DNA of 63,747 bases, the filler included, from Pelomyxa schiedti (lineage: Eukaryota; Protista; Evosea), in NCBI GenBank assembly GCA_020536535.1. It is 5 parts of 5 records of this genome, joined end to end, with 100 filler letters (N's around TTAATTAATTAA, not from the genome) between each part and the next. Parts side by side here need not be neighbours in the genome. Positions count along the whole stretch, not along the records: positions 1 to 9,987 come from JAHLWZ010001280.1; 4 more parts are not named here. One strand, written 5' to 3'. Shown here one piece after another: positions 1-10,087 of the stretch. A program made the position numbers and the translations under genes. How positions within the stretch are numbered: position 1 is the stretch's first letter; each line of letters opens with the position of its first letter. Under the pieces are notes generated by a model. The model had not been told where the DNA came from. It worked only from the letters and a program-made list of their open reading frames with translations, and did no database searches.

Positions 1-70
1 CTGTCAGCACTGTTAAATATTGAGTTAGATTAAGAGCAACATAAAAAAAAGTTTTTTTCTTGTGGTTAAC

Positions 71-236
71 CCTGGGCGGTGATTTTACTGACTGGCTTAT
101 GTGCTCAACCACCGCCTGGGGCGGTGATCCGATTTGACTGCAAAAAGTGCATCATCACCGCCCAAAATCACCGCCCGGGCGGTGATTTTGGGCGGTGATG
201 ATACACTTTTTGTAGGGAAAAAAATCACCGCCCACT
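71..236. repeat. Palindromic GGGCGGTGAT repeat cluster (perfect 52-bp palindrome at 151-202)
   Basis: 151-176 atcatcaccgcccaaaatcaccgccc is the exact reverse complement of 177-202. The stem extends via caaaaagtg/cactttttg (141-149/204-212). Further motif copies at about 74, 119 and 224. Confidence 0.9.
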
Positions 237-579
237 GCTCCAGATATGCATAGTGTTCGCCCTGGTGGGTTTCAAAATCTATCCCACCAATAGTGTATAG
301 TTGGCTAAAGTTGGTTCCCAAACAGTGCACATAAGGCCAACATCTTCTCTCTTGCTTCTTCCCATTGGCAATGAACCTCAGTTCTACTTGGAAAGTTGCA
401 CAACAGCAAATAAATCTATGGGGTGTTTGACACCACTGGTGTTTATGATGGTACCCTCACAAGTACGTGGCTCTTACTTCAGCTCCTCGTAATCACTGGT
501 CCTGGCCCATCAGCACCGTGCTTTCCTCTTCGAAAATGCTGTGTGAACTGAAGAAAACGGTTTTTTGATCTCTCTGCAA

Positions 580-2252
580 ATGAGAAAGTCGGTGCTCCGG
601 CAAGAACAGGCGGAAGCTAACAAAGCATTGTTGGAGAGATCGAAGGAGGCCGCGTCCGAGTTGTGTGCAGGGTGTGTGTCGTGTGACAGGCTCCAAGAGT
701 TGGTTGTAGTTTTTTTGGGGGGGGTGGGGGACGCTCTCCCGTAAAAAATCGTAACAAGTCGCGCCGTCGCACACAGAGTTGTTGTATCACGGTGTCGCAG
801 TATTTGGATGTAATAATTGAGAGATCTGTTTCGGGACTTTGCGGGCACCCTGTTTGCAGTAAGCCTCCAATGTCGACCCGGGTATTTTTTTTTTTTTTCC
901 CCTTCAAAAACAAGCCTGTATGACATTATCTAACCATTGTTTTGTATGGATGTTGTTATCTTAGCCACATCAAAAGTATCATGTATCTGTGAAGGAGAAC
1001 CGCCTTCTTGATATCAACGAGATTCGAAACTTCTGCAGGTGTGGAAATAAGTGGGTCTTGCACACATCCAATAACAGTTCTCAGTGAACACTGCGCTGTG
1101 TCTTCCAAATTATTCCAGTCTCAGCTTTCCTCCGACCCCATCACAGTGCGCACAAAACCTCATCCGTACTGACACCGTTCATGTTTAAGATGACTTAGTT
1201 CCTTTAAACAGTGTTCATGTAGTTGAGAATGCTGATGGCGATTCAGTAATCAAGCCTCCTACTGCAACTACAGGCACAGAAAGGTGCATTGAAGGCTATA
1301 AGGTTTCCTCTTTGCCAATAATTCTTTTAAATAAAGAATTTTTCCGCCAATAGTTGATAATTTTCAGCCAAAAGAGAAACTTTCACACACTGAAGCACTT
1401 GCATCAGCCATTACCAAAGCCAGCGCAGTATCCACTCCAACTCCAGTCTCCACGTCAAAATTACCCATCACCCCAGCACAGCAACTGACGGCTACAGGAG
1501 GACCTATTTCCAGTGAACCAAATCATGTTGAATCCTGTGCACCACTACCAGTGCCTAAGCCGGCTACGCCTCACACAGCTGATAAAACATCTGGTCAATT
1601 GGATTTGTTTGATGTGGAACCTTTCGCAGCACCACAACTAAGCCCCTTTGGACAAGTTATACTTGCATTAAATAGATGGTGCACAGATTCCACCCACAAG
1701 TATTTGCAAGGCAAGGTACATTCAAAAAACAATTTTCTCAATCTCACAAATTCTAGTCCACAGAAATCCCCTCATTAGAAGAGCACTTCCAGTATGGTGA
1801 AATGGATGATGCAGATGAAGAACACTTGAATTCCATTGTTACAATGCGGTTGGATGCACTCACAACTCAAGTCATTAACACGTATATATCGAAAACCTTG
1901 TCTATTTCCCAACCAAGTTTTGAAGAATGAGGTCCATTGCTTTGGACCTAGAATTCGAACCGGGTGAATGTCAAGGACCTCTGACCGAGTTAGTGAATAC
2001 ATTCTGCCTTGCTCTGCCCATACCAAATCTTCTGACAAAACAGTGGCATCTTCTGACACTCTCTTTCCTTGAAGCGTATATTTCTGTGGCTGTTCTAATA
2101 ACTCACTAAAAACAAATACTAGACTTTCCCAAAGCTCTACACCCATCCACCAGCAACTGCACGGAGAACAGAACAAAATTGCTGCTGCCGCCTCCCGTTA
2201 TTCACTGGACAGCTCTCACATAGAATGTTTGCGGGATACTTTGTGGGGCTAG
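580..2252 (+). CDS. RPAP2: RNA polymerase II CTD phosphatase RPAP2/Rtr1 homolog (spliced)
   Basis: Manually joined exons give YLDVIIERSVSGLCGHPVC (~800-860) and EIRNFCS/EHCAVSSKLFQSQLSSDPITVR (~1020-1150), the Rtr1/RPAP2 zinc-finger signature. GT-AG introns; last exon ends LRDTLWG*. Confidence 0.8.
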
Positions 2253-2301
2253 AGGCAAAAATTGAGCCAATGAAAGAAAAACTTTGTCTTTACTGTTTTT
2301 T

Positions 2302-3660
2302 TTATAAACCCAAATCCACAAGGAATTTATTCACAGAGTCTGTGTAGTGCTGTGGGGAATGAAGCAAGTGAGCAACGTGATGTGAGCCAATGAACTTCTC
2401 GAGTCTCACAGAGTGGCCGTGGTAACGTTGTAGTGATGCGAACTTCTCAACGTTGGTGTACGGAACAAGCCTGTCTGTGTCACTGTAGAGAAAGAGCTGT
2501 GATGTCCCCGGTATCTGTTATTATTATGAGTGCTTCCGGTTGGAAGTTAGAACGGTGTTTGTGGAGAGTGGGTACTTGGTGGTTGTCAAGGTGGTGTAAC
2601 AATCGGTCAAGGCACTTCTTGGCAGGGGTATGTTTCATGTAAACGGCGCAAAGGCCACGGGCTACAGGGGATATTAGAGCGTGCTGGTACCTGCAAAAAG
2701 GGAATAAAAAAAAAGTAGGCTGAATCGAGCAATGCCAAAATGTGATGAAACAAACTGTGGTGGTTTATGACTGCCTGAACGAAGTCTTCCAAGAATTGCA
2801 GAGGTAATCGCCTCAGATGCCATGTCCAGGGTAAGAGGGGGTGGTGCAGAGTCAAAGATAACTCCTTTTACATTTGCCTTTACTAGTGACTGTAGTGGCG
2901 TTGGCGCTTTGAGAGGTTTTTCCCAGGAGCAAGGAGGCTGCTGACAACTCTGCAAAAAAAGTAAATTGAAAGAGGAAATGCTGCTCCACCCACATATACA
3001 TTACCATCCCCCAACTCTCAAGAAGAGAAGCATAGAACGCTGCCCCTGCATGAATAACAAGTTTTCAAGTTAAATTCACGAGTTCCACAGATAGCACACA
3101 CACCATTGCCGCTGAATAGGTGGAACACAATTGGCCTCTCTGGATCCGCCAACAAAGTTCTGTTCACATCCCCAACCATACGAGCCCGCAATCTAGGAGC
3201 CACTCTAGTCACAGGTAAGTATACATACATCTATATGTGTACAAACAGTCCCCCACCAAAAAAAAAAAAAAAAAAGAGAAGATTGAAGAGAGACATGTAC
3301 CCAAAACGAAACACGAAACACCACAACAGCAACATTCGACATCAACATCAACATCCACACAACACACGAGAGGTGCATCGGGGGCATCACGCATAGGGTG
3401 TCGCGGTAGCCCAGGGCCGCGTACATCGCCCTGTACTTGTCGAGCGGCCTGGCACTGCACCCGAACCACCCAATCAGCACGACCCTGACCCTGACCCTCC
3501 CCCTTGCTGTCGTTGTGGTCGAGGCGGATCCACCTCCCGCTGCTCTGGCTCCACCCCACCCACGCCCGCCCCGGGGGGCATAAGCAACACCGCGGCGCTC
3601 AGGAACACACGCTGTAAATGGAGCAACGTTATAACGAGACGGCTCGGGGAGTACCAGCAT
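2302..3660 (-). CDS. TMEM53/DUF829-family alpha/beta-hydrolase-fold protein (spliced)
   Basis: Exons encode VVLIGWFGC..LDKY...Y, IVFHLFSGNG, GVIFDSAP, QLFLYSDTDRLVP and FIGSHHVAHL..PQHY, which are the DUF829 motifs in order. Confidence 0.8.
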
Positions 3661-4027
3661 TTTTTTTTTTGATGGTTTAGCGAGTAAGAATCAAGGACAA
3701 GGAGGTGTTGCAGGTTTTGCCTGTCACCCACCAGGGACACCACTGGCATAACATGAACTGCAGCCGCCTTGATCCAGATCTGAGAATCACCTTGAGCATT
3801 ATTCCATTCTTCTTTCTTTGCCTGATTGGGTTCAATCAACTTCTCGGAATAAAAAAAAACCAGACCGCACAGGGTTCTGGAGAATGGAGTTGCAGAAAGC
3901 TCTGAAAAAAGGGCGTTGGGTGTTCGTTTTACCAAGAAGAACGCCTGCTCGTCTTGAATTATGGGTGGAAGACTCAAAACTGGGTCTACATGATGATGGT
4001 GTTGGTAATTATGGCACTCTTCTCGTT

Positions 4028-6413
4028 CTAGTGTGAATGGTGAACCCTGGGTCGCTTGGAGACGGATTGGTTGGCCACAGAGCTTTCAACGAGGCTAAGC
4101 CACAAGCGAGTGGCACACTCCGTCCAGCTTTCCTGCCGCATTCCACAGTAGGTGGCAATTTCGGAGAATGTGAGTGAGAACCTTTCCATGGACCACTCGG
4201 CAATCGCGGGCGTGGATACAACGAGGTCCATGTATTCTCTCCTGACTGTGTCGCTTTCGAGGGAAGGAAACTTGTTCGCGAGGAGCTTCCATGTGGAAAG
4301 TAAACTGTATACTGGGTGGTAATCATCAATAACCTTTTAGGGAGTGAGGGACTAGAGGAATGGTGGATGGATTTAACCTCACTCAGTGGGATGTGAAATG
4401 TGTCAATCAGCCACGTGGCACACTGTGTTTTGCTCAGGTGAAATAATCTGGAATAGAGCTTCTCTGTCTTCATGTGTTCCACTCCGACCTGTGATACAAT
4501 CCACTTGGATATTTTGCTGGACTCTACTTTCAATAAGGGAGGGGTAATACTCTGCTTCACATCATCAACTGACACCGGAACCATGGATCGAAGTCGCCTA
4601 ATATCGGACATTGTGCCCCGCATGAAAATACTTGTGAGTAAGTGGCGGAGTAGCTTGGATTCTCTTTGAACAGAAATATGGAATGCCTCCAATAGAAAGA
4701 AGAGTAGGTCTGGGTCCCATATTCTACAAATAATTTCTTCTGCTGGTATTACTGGCGCTTGGGGCTTATTTGTATACCGCACTAACCATTTCAAACCAGC
4801 CAAACTTGGGCAAGAAGCCAGGTTCCTCCATATTTTGACTAGAGTGGGACAAACACCAGGAGCCTTGGAGCTAACCACATTGTAAGTGTTGTCAAGCCAA
4901 TCAGCAATGCCAATGTTGCTGTTCGAGAGTGCCTGCTCCAGTGCTTTTTGTAAATCCAGATGTGAAAGAGTCATCTTCTGTGACAGCCACCTCACAAGTT
5001 CCAGATTTTCTTTCCTGGAACTACACGCCATGAGAAAAGTCCAGTTGGTTGGTTTGATGAACTTCTCTGTCACCAACCACTTAACCACTTCCAGATCGCT
5101 ACTGTTGCTACAAATTTTGCCTAAAAGGGCGTCACTTATTGGTGATTTGGAATCTTCGATCGCCCATCTCAGGCACTGTGGATTCTGTGGGGTCTGGGGG
5201 AAATAGGGGACACGCCCTAAAATTCCCAACTGGCTCTTAAGCCACTGACAGAGTTCCACAGAACTGAATTCATTGCACACCAATGTACGAAAGGTATCAT
5301 CCTTGTCCCCGCCTTGTGGAAATGAAAAACTCTCAATCCACCATTTCAGGAGTGATGGACACCTTCCTTCCGCACAGTGTGTAGCAATGAAAAGAAAATC
5401 GGCACTTCGGCGATTGAACACCTCCGCGAGGTTGAATGTTGTGACCAGCCATTGCACAACTGGCGCATTTCCAGCATACATGGCAGTGCGAACCATGTGA
5501 ATCAACTCCCAAGGCTGCCTCAATCCCAGCCACCCCACAACCCACTTCACAGACTCCACCGGTGTATTAGTGCAGGAGCACAAAAGCCGCTGGAACCAGT
5601 CATTCCCCTTTATGTCCTCCTTCATTCCAGCGTCCTCGAGGGATCCTGGAGCACCTGGCCACTTCACACCCAATTCTCCAACAGGTGTTCTCATTGTTGG
5701 CTGTGCCCCATGCTGTACCCCGCTCTGAACAGACCCATCACGTACCGTGGGTACTATCTCAGTGCTGTTGACGAATTTGATAGCCAAGTCCACATGCCCG
5801 CCACACAGAAGCCCAGTGAGAATATTCACACATGCTTTCTTCTTCCTGTTTGCAAACTATAAGTGTTTTTTACGGCCAAACCGCTTTATTTCCAGCACAC
5901 ACTAACATAATATAAATAGGCATTAACAGATCAATGCACACAATCAGAGAATGGCTAGAGGAGAGCTAATAAATACCTTCCCATAATGTACCCGTCGCCG
6001 TCATTCCAGCACAGATGCGACACAATCCACCTGGCGCAAGTAGTGGCGCCGGCCCACGCGGCGCACCTGAGCCTGAAGTAGCGCGACCCCCTGGGCACCG
6101 TCTCAGCGACCGTCGCGCACGCGCGCGCGACGAGCGGGAACAGCCCCGAGCCCACCCGGTACAGCGCCACCGCCCGCGCCTCGTCGCGCGACGACGCCCC
6201 GCCGCGGGCCTGCTCGCAGCGGTCGACGATGCAGGGCCCGCCGTTGGGCGGGGCCGTGAGCCACCCGGGGACAACGACCCACTCCCAGATTATCTTGGAC
6301 ACTGCAACGATGTGCTCGACATCTTCTGCCTTGTGAGAGGGAAGAGTCGAGGTGTTGTGGAGCATCACTTGAATTCGGTTTTTTTGATTATTTTGTGGTG
6401 GGGGGGACTCCAA
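4028..6413 (-). CDS. Lineage-specific protein with degenerate ankyrin-like helical repeats (spliced)
   Basis: ORFs 5955-6413, 4009-5829 and 4028-4231 are joinable by short introns. Repeated 'ACS..NLELVRWL' and 'LEVVKWLV' helices. Paralog at 35944-36754. Confidence 0.65.
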
Positions 6414-6426
6414 GTTGCCTTTTTTG

Positions 6427-7923
6427 TTACAGGGAAATTACTATCATGAGTACAGTCAAGGCAAATATGCCAGCAACACATTGACTGAGGGAGGAGGATG
6501 ATAGGGGGAACCCAAATGCAGTGAATGTGGATTTGCATAGCTGCTCAGAGAACAGGATGTGCCTCTGCAGGAGCACCGGTGTTGTTGTTGTTGCCTGCTG
6601 TTGAGGTGTGGATGCAGGGTCTGGTGGTGTGACCAGTGATAAGCTCGCAACGGCTCGTTCCAGGCTGAGCGAGACTGCAGCGGCATCAGCAAGGATATGG
6701 CCGGCAATTATCAGGAACACAATCGGCAGGCATAAGATGCGCAGGAAGTCAGAGAGCGCGAAGGTGTAGTAGTCTTGGGAAGTGTATATGCCCCCGTGAA
6801 TGGCGCAGACAGTGTTCATCCCTATCACGACGCACATGAAGGTGAGCCAGTCTGCAAATGTGTGGGAACTGCTGAGAATCTTTCTTTTTATCTGGGTAAT
6901 ATTAGAATGTGAGGTGGTGGGAGAGGGGATTAACATTTGTGTAACGTTGCATCTGTTGTTCAAAGGGAGGTGGGTGGAGTTGGCAGGCCCACATTGAAAG
7001 CTCAGAGCAGTGCGTGAAACATACAGACCCGAATATCTGAACAAGTGTGCATGTAATCTGAATACGGGTATTAGAAGTGCCAAAGCAGTCAATTCGAATC
7101 ATACAAAGCACTGAGAAAGCAGACACAGTGTGGAAATAGTGAGATCCAGTATGTCCCAATTGCCGTAAAAAGGAAACATGTCTGTCAAATAAAAGGACAT
7201 TGTATTGCATACAACAGTAACCACAGTAAAAAAAATAGCACATGAGAGGGCAAGGATCCCTCTGTGTATAAGTAAGGAACGTGTGATTTAATTTTAAAAG
7301 ATATGTGTTGAAGTAAATATGTACCTCTACCTCTTGTGGAGTGCATTTGCCAACAGAGCTTGATGCGGATATACATTACATAGTTCAGTGAACTGGCCTC
7401 GCTTGATATAAAAGAATCCCACAACGTGGCAAACTATAGGTACAAGGCCGATCAAAAAGTCCATTACTACAACAATGGAGTATGTTTCTCCTTTCATCCA
7501 AAACCATCCAGGAATCCCCTATTCATCACACTGAACAATGAAAAACTACAATAAAATCAGTCATACTGGCATATTTTCCTTGTAAATTCCCTAAGTTAGA
7601 AGGCCATTAAGTTAGAAAAACAGGTAAGAGGACTAATGCATGCATGCCTTTACGATACATCCAACAGGTAAATACAACAGCAGTATCAGTATAGCAAAGA
7701 ATTTTACGATATGTGCCAAAAGAATTCGGGTGCAACTGCATTTTCTGGCACTTGGTAAGAAACGCAGTGGGAACAAGATAAATCATAAATCTCGCTCCTC
7801 AACCTGCGCCTGGGTCCAGTGTCATCACCCACAAGTGAAGGCGGTCTATTTTTATTGCTGCTATCCACAAACCAAGCGCATTTAATCAGCACCACCAAAA
7901 TACACTTCTCCAAACCAGCCCAT
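6427..7923 (-). CDS. Multi-pass membrane protein, possibly 7TMIC/gustatory-receptor-like (5' exons uncertain)
   Basis: ORF 6427-7092 has several hydrophobic helices and the C-terminal STFTAFGFPLSSSSLSQCVAGIFALTVLMIV. Upstream short exons are inferred. Confidence 0.5.
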
Positions 7924-8275
7924 CTCGCCCAGTTGCCGTCACGCCTTTAAACGTAAGGCACCAAGAAGTAATTACGGGTCACTTTGTTGTTCGCAACGCG
8001 GCCTACCAAACGAGGGGAGTGTACCTTACATTTTCGGCAGCGATTTTTGGCTCTTGAATTGACGTTGACGTCGACGCCGTTGTCGTACTTGTGGGAGTTG
8101 AGGTCACCAACGCAACGCCCTCATCTCCCATCTCTCAAAAAAGTTTTGTTTGAAACATCAGTTCCAATGAAAATTTCATCATTTTTTTTCACCTTTTTTC
8201 ATTCAGCACTGCAACGGCGAGCGTTGCGGTTGTTGGGTTTTCTCACATAGGAGGTGCACTTGTGCTATGACAGTG

Positions 8276-9424
8276 TCACCAAGTGGTGAAAGTAGCAATA
8301 CAACAGAGTTTGGGTGTTGGCTGAAAGGCGTTCAGTGCCTTGAGTACGGATTCGCACAGTGACATTGCTTGTTTGGCGGCTATGATGCTGCTGTACCTGG
8401 TCAACATCACGCAGCTAGTAGCGGGTGCTTCGCTGCTGCCGGCGGGTGCCGTATTCGTTGTGGGGGGTGTGGTTTCTGCGTTTGTGGTACTGCTTGGAGA
8501 CGGTGGTGAAGATGGGGGTAATGGGGGAGTTTGCGAGTGTAGTGTGCCTACTGCACATATTGAACATGAGCCGCCCAGAGTCTGGACAATTTCTAGTGCC
8601 ATAGACTTGATAACCGCTTTCATTTCGGCCATATGGGATGTCGAAAATACTCTCACTACTAGTGGTATTACTCCTACTGCATTTAATTGTTATTATAGTC
8701 CATACAAATCTACACATACAGGCTTTAGAGCAGATCGTTGCGGCATCAAAGACAGGGGCGACATCCCCTTGGAACGATTTACTAGTCAGACTTTGGCTTG
8801 AATTAGAACAAACTGAATGCTTGGGGTTATTTGTTTTCAGGTTTTTGATCTTGAATGGAGCAGTGGCATATCTAAGCCCTGCAAAATCCAGTTCAATTAT
8901 TAACTCAGATTCTCGCGCATGAGTTCTGATAGGGGATAAGTGTATTTGGAAACCTATCGTTAACTCTAAAGAATTGCAGTTCCCATGACACCTAGGTGCA
9001 GTACAGAAAGGTACTATTGTGAACGCGTATGATTCCAGCTTTTCGTCTTCCTTTACAAACTTTAACTCCAGGCCTCTATTATTGTTTTTCTGTGAGCGCT
9101 CCGGAGGTATAACTCGAAATATCAAAGTAAACCTTTCCTAGAGTGGAACCCATAGCATACAGCAGATTTAGCGGCATTCATAATGTCCTGGCGTGTCATC
9201 CCCCTTTCCCTTCTCACCATACTGTTCACAACGAGATACAACTGGGGGGAGAAAAATAACATACTCAGCATCAAATGGACACTCTACAATAGAATAACCC
9301 CACACAGAAATAAAAAAAAAAAAAAAAACACCTGAGGGCGAGGCCGAGACCGAGGCGAAAATTCACACGAAGACAGCTCCAGAGCCTCCAATAGTCCTAG
9401 TTCTCCACCAACCACTGTCGCCAT
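8276..9424 (-). CDS. Hypothetical protein (spliced)
   Basis: ORFs 8276-8656 and 8415-9125 plus a first exon MATVVGGELGLLEALEL followed by a GT donor and a T-rich intron. Confidence 0.55.
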
Positions 9425-9832
9425 ATGCCGTACTCTTACCCGCCTTTGTCTCCTTGTGTGAGGCAATCTGTGATCTGTGATTGTTTCTGCTTTGTTATGA
9501 ATTTTGTGGATCTCGCCTGTCCCCAAATTTGACGCAGGGAACTAATCTCTTTTCCGTAATGACAACAGCACAATGCTCCTTACCGAAAATCTCAAAAAGC
9601 AGTGACACCTCCCACAATGATCTTTGATTTGATAACTACCACTTCGGAGATCTGAGACATTAGCCTAAATGGCTGAATAAAATAATCAACAGACCGGAAC
9701 GCTATCATTTTCTTTGTCATCGCTCGGGATCGCGGTCTGGTGTTTTTTTTATTCAGCCAAATACAATATTGTCCAATAAAGTACCCGAAGGGTGCGGCAA
9801 CGCAGAGGGACCGTGGATCTAGATCCAAACGC

Positions 9833-9987
9833 ATGGACCCATTCTTGTTGAGTGACGACGATCTCAGTGACTTGGACTTTCCTCCCAGTAACAGTGGCGT
9901 CGTTGTGGGTGGCTCCGACGCGAATGTTGCCGACGCAGCAGATACGTCCGCGGGAGACCTTCTGGACGACGCATCGAACTTTGACAT
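9833..9987 (+). CDS. 5' fragment of an acidic hypothetical protein, truncated at the contig end
   Basis: MDPFLLSDDDLSDLDFPP... is open to the spacer. Confidence 0.4.
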
Positions 9988-10087
9988 NNNNNNNNNNNNN
10001 NNNNNNNNNNNNNNNNNNNNNNNNNNNNNNNTTAATTAATTAANNNNNNNNNNNNNNNNNNNNNNNNNNNNNNNNNNNNNNNNNNNN
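9988..10087. other. Artificial contig spacer (N44-TTAATTAATTAA-N44)
   Basis: Six-frame stop linker flanked by Ns; identical at four places. Confidence 0.97.

Noticed and set aside
71-236. Possible CRISPR-like repeats
   Set aside because: The repeats are ~10 bp, inverted and irregularly spaced, with no unique spacers or cas genes.
9988-10087. TTAATTAATTAA palindrome flanked by Ns (also at 36755, 41413 and 60978)
   Set aside because: Artificial six-frame-stop linker. Genes on either side are not neighbours, so no cross-spacer clusters were inferred.
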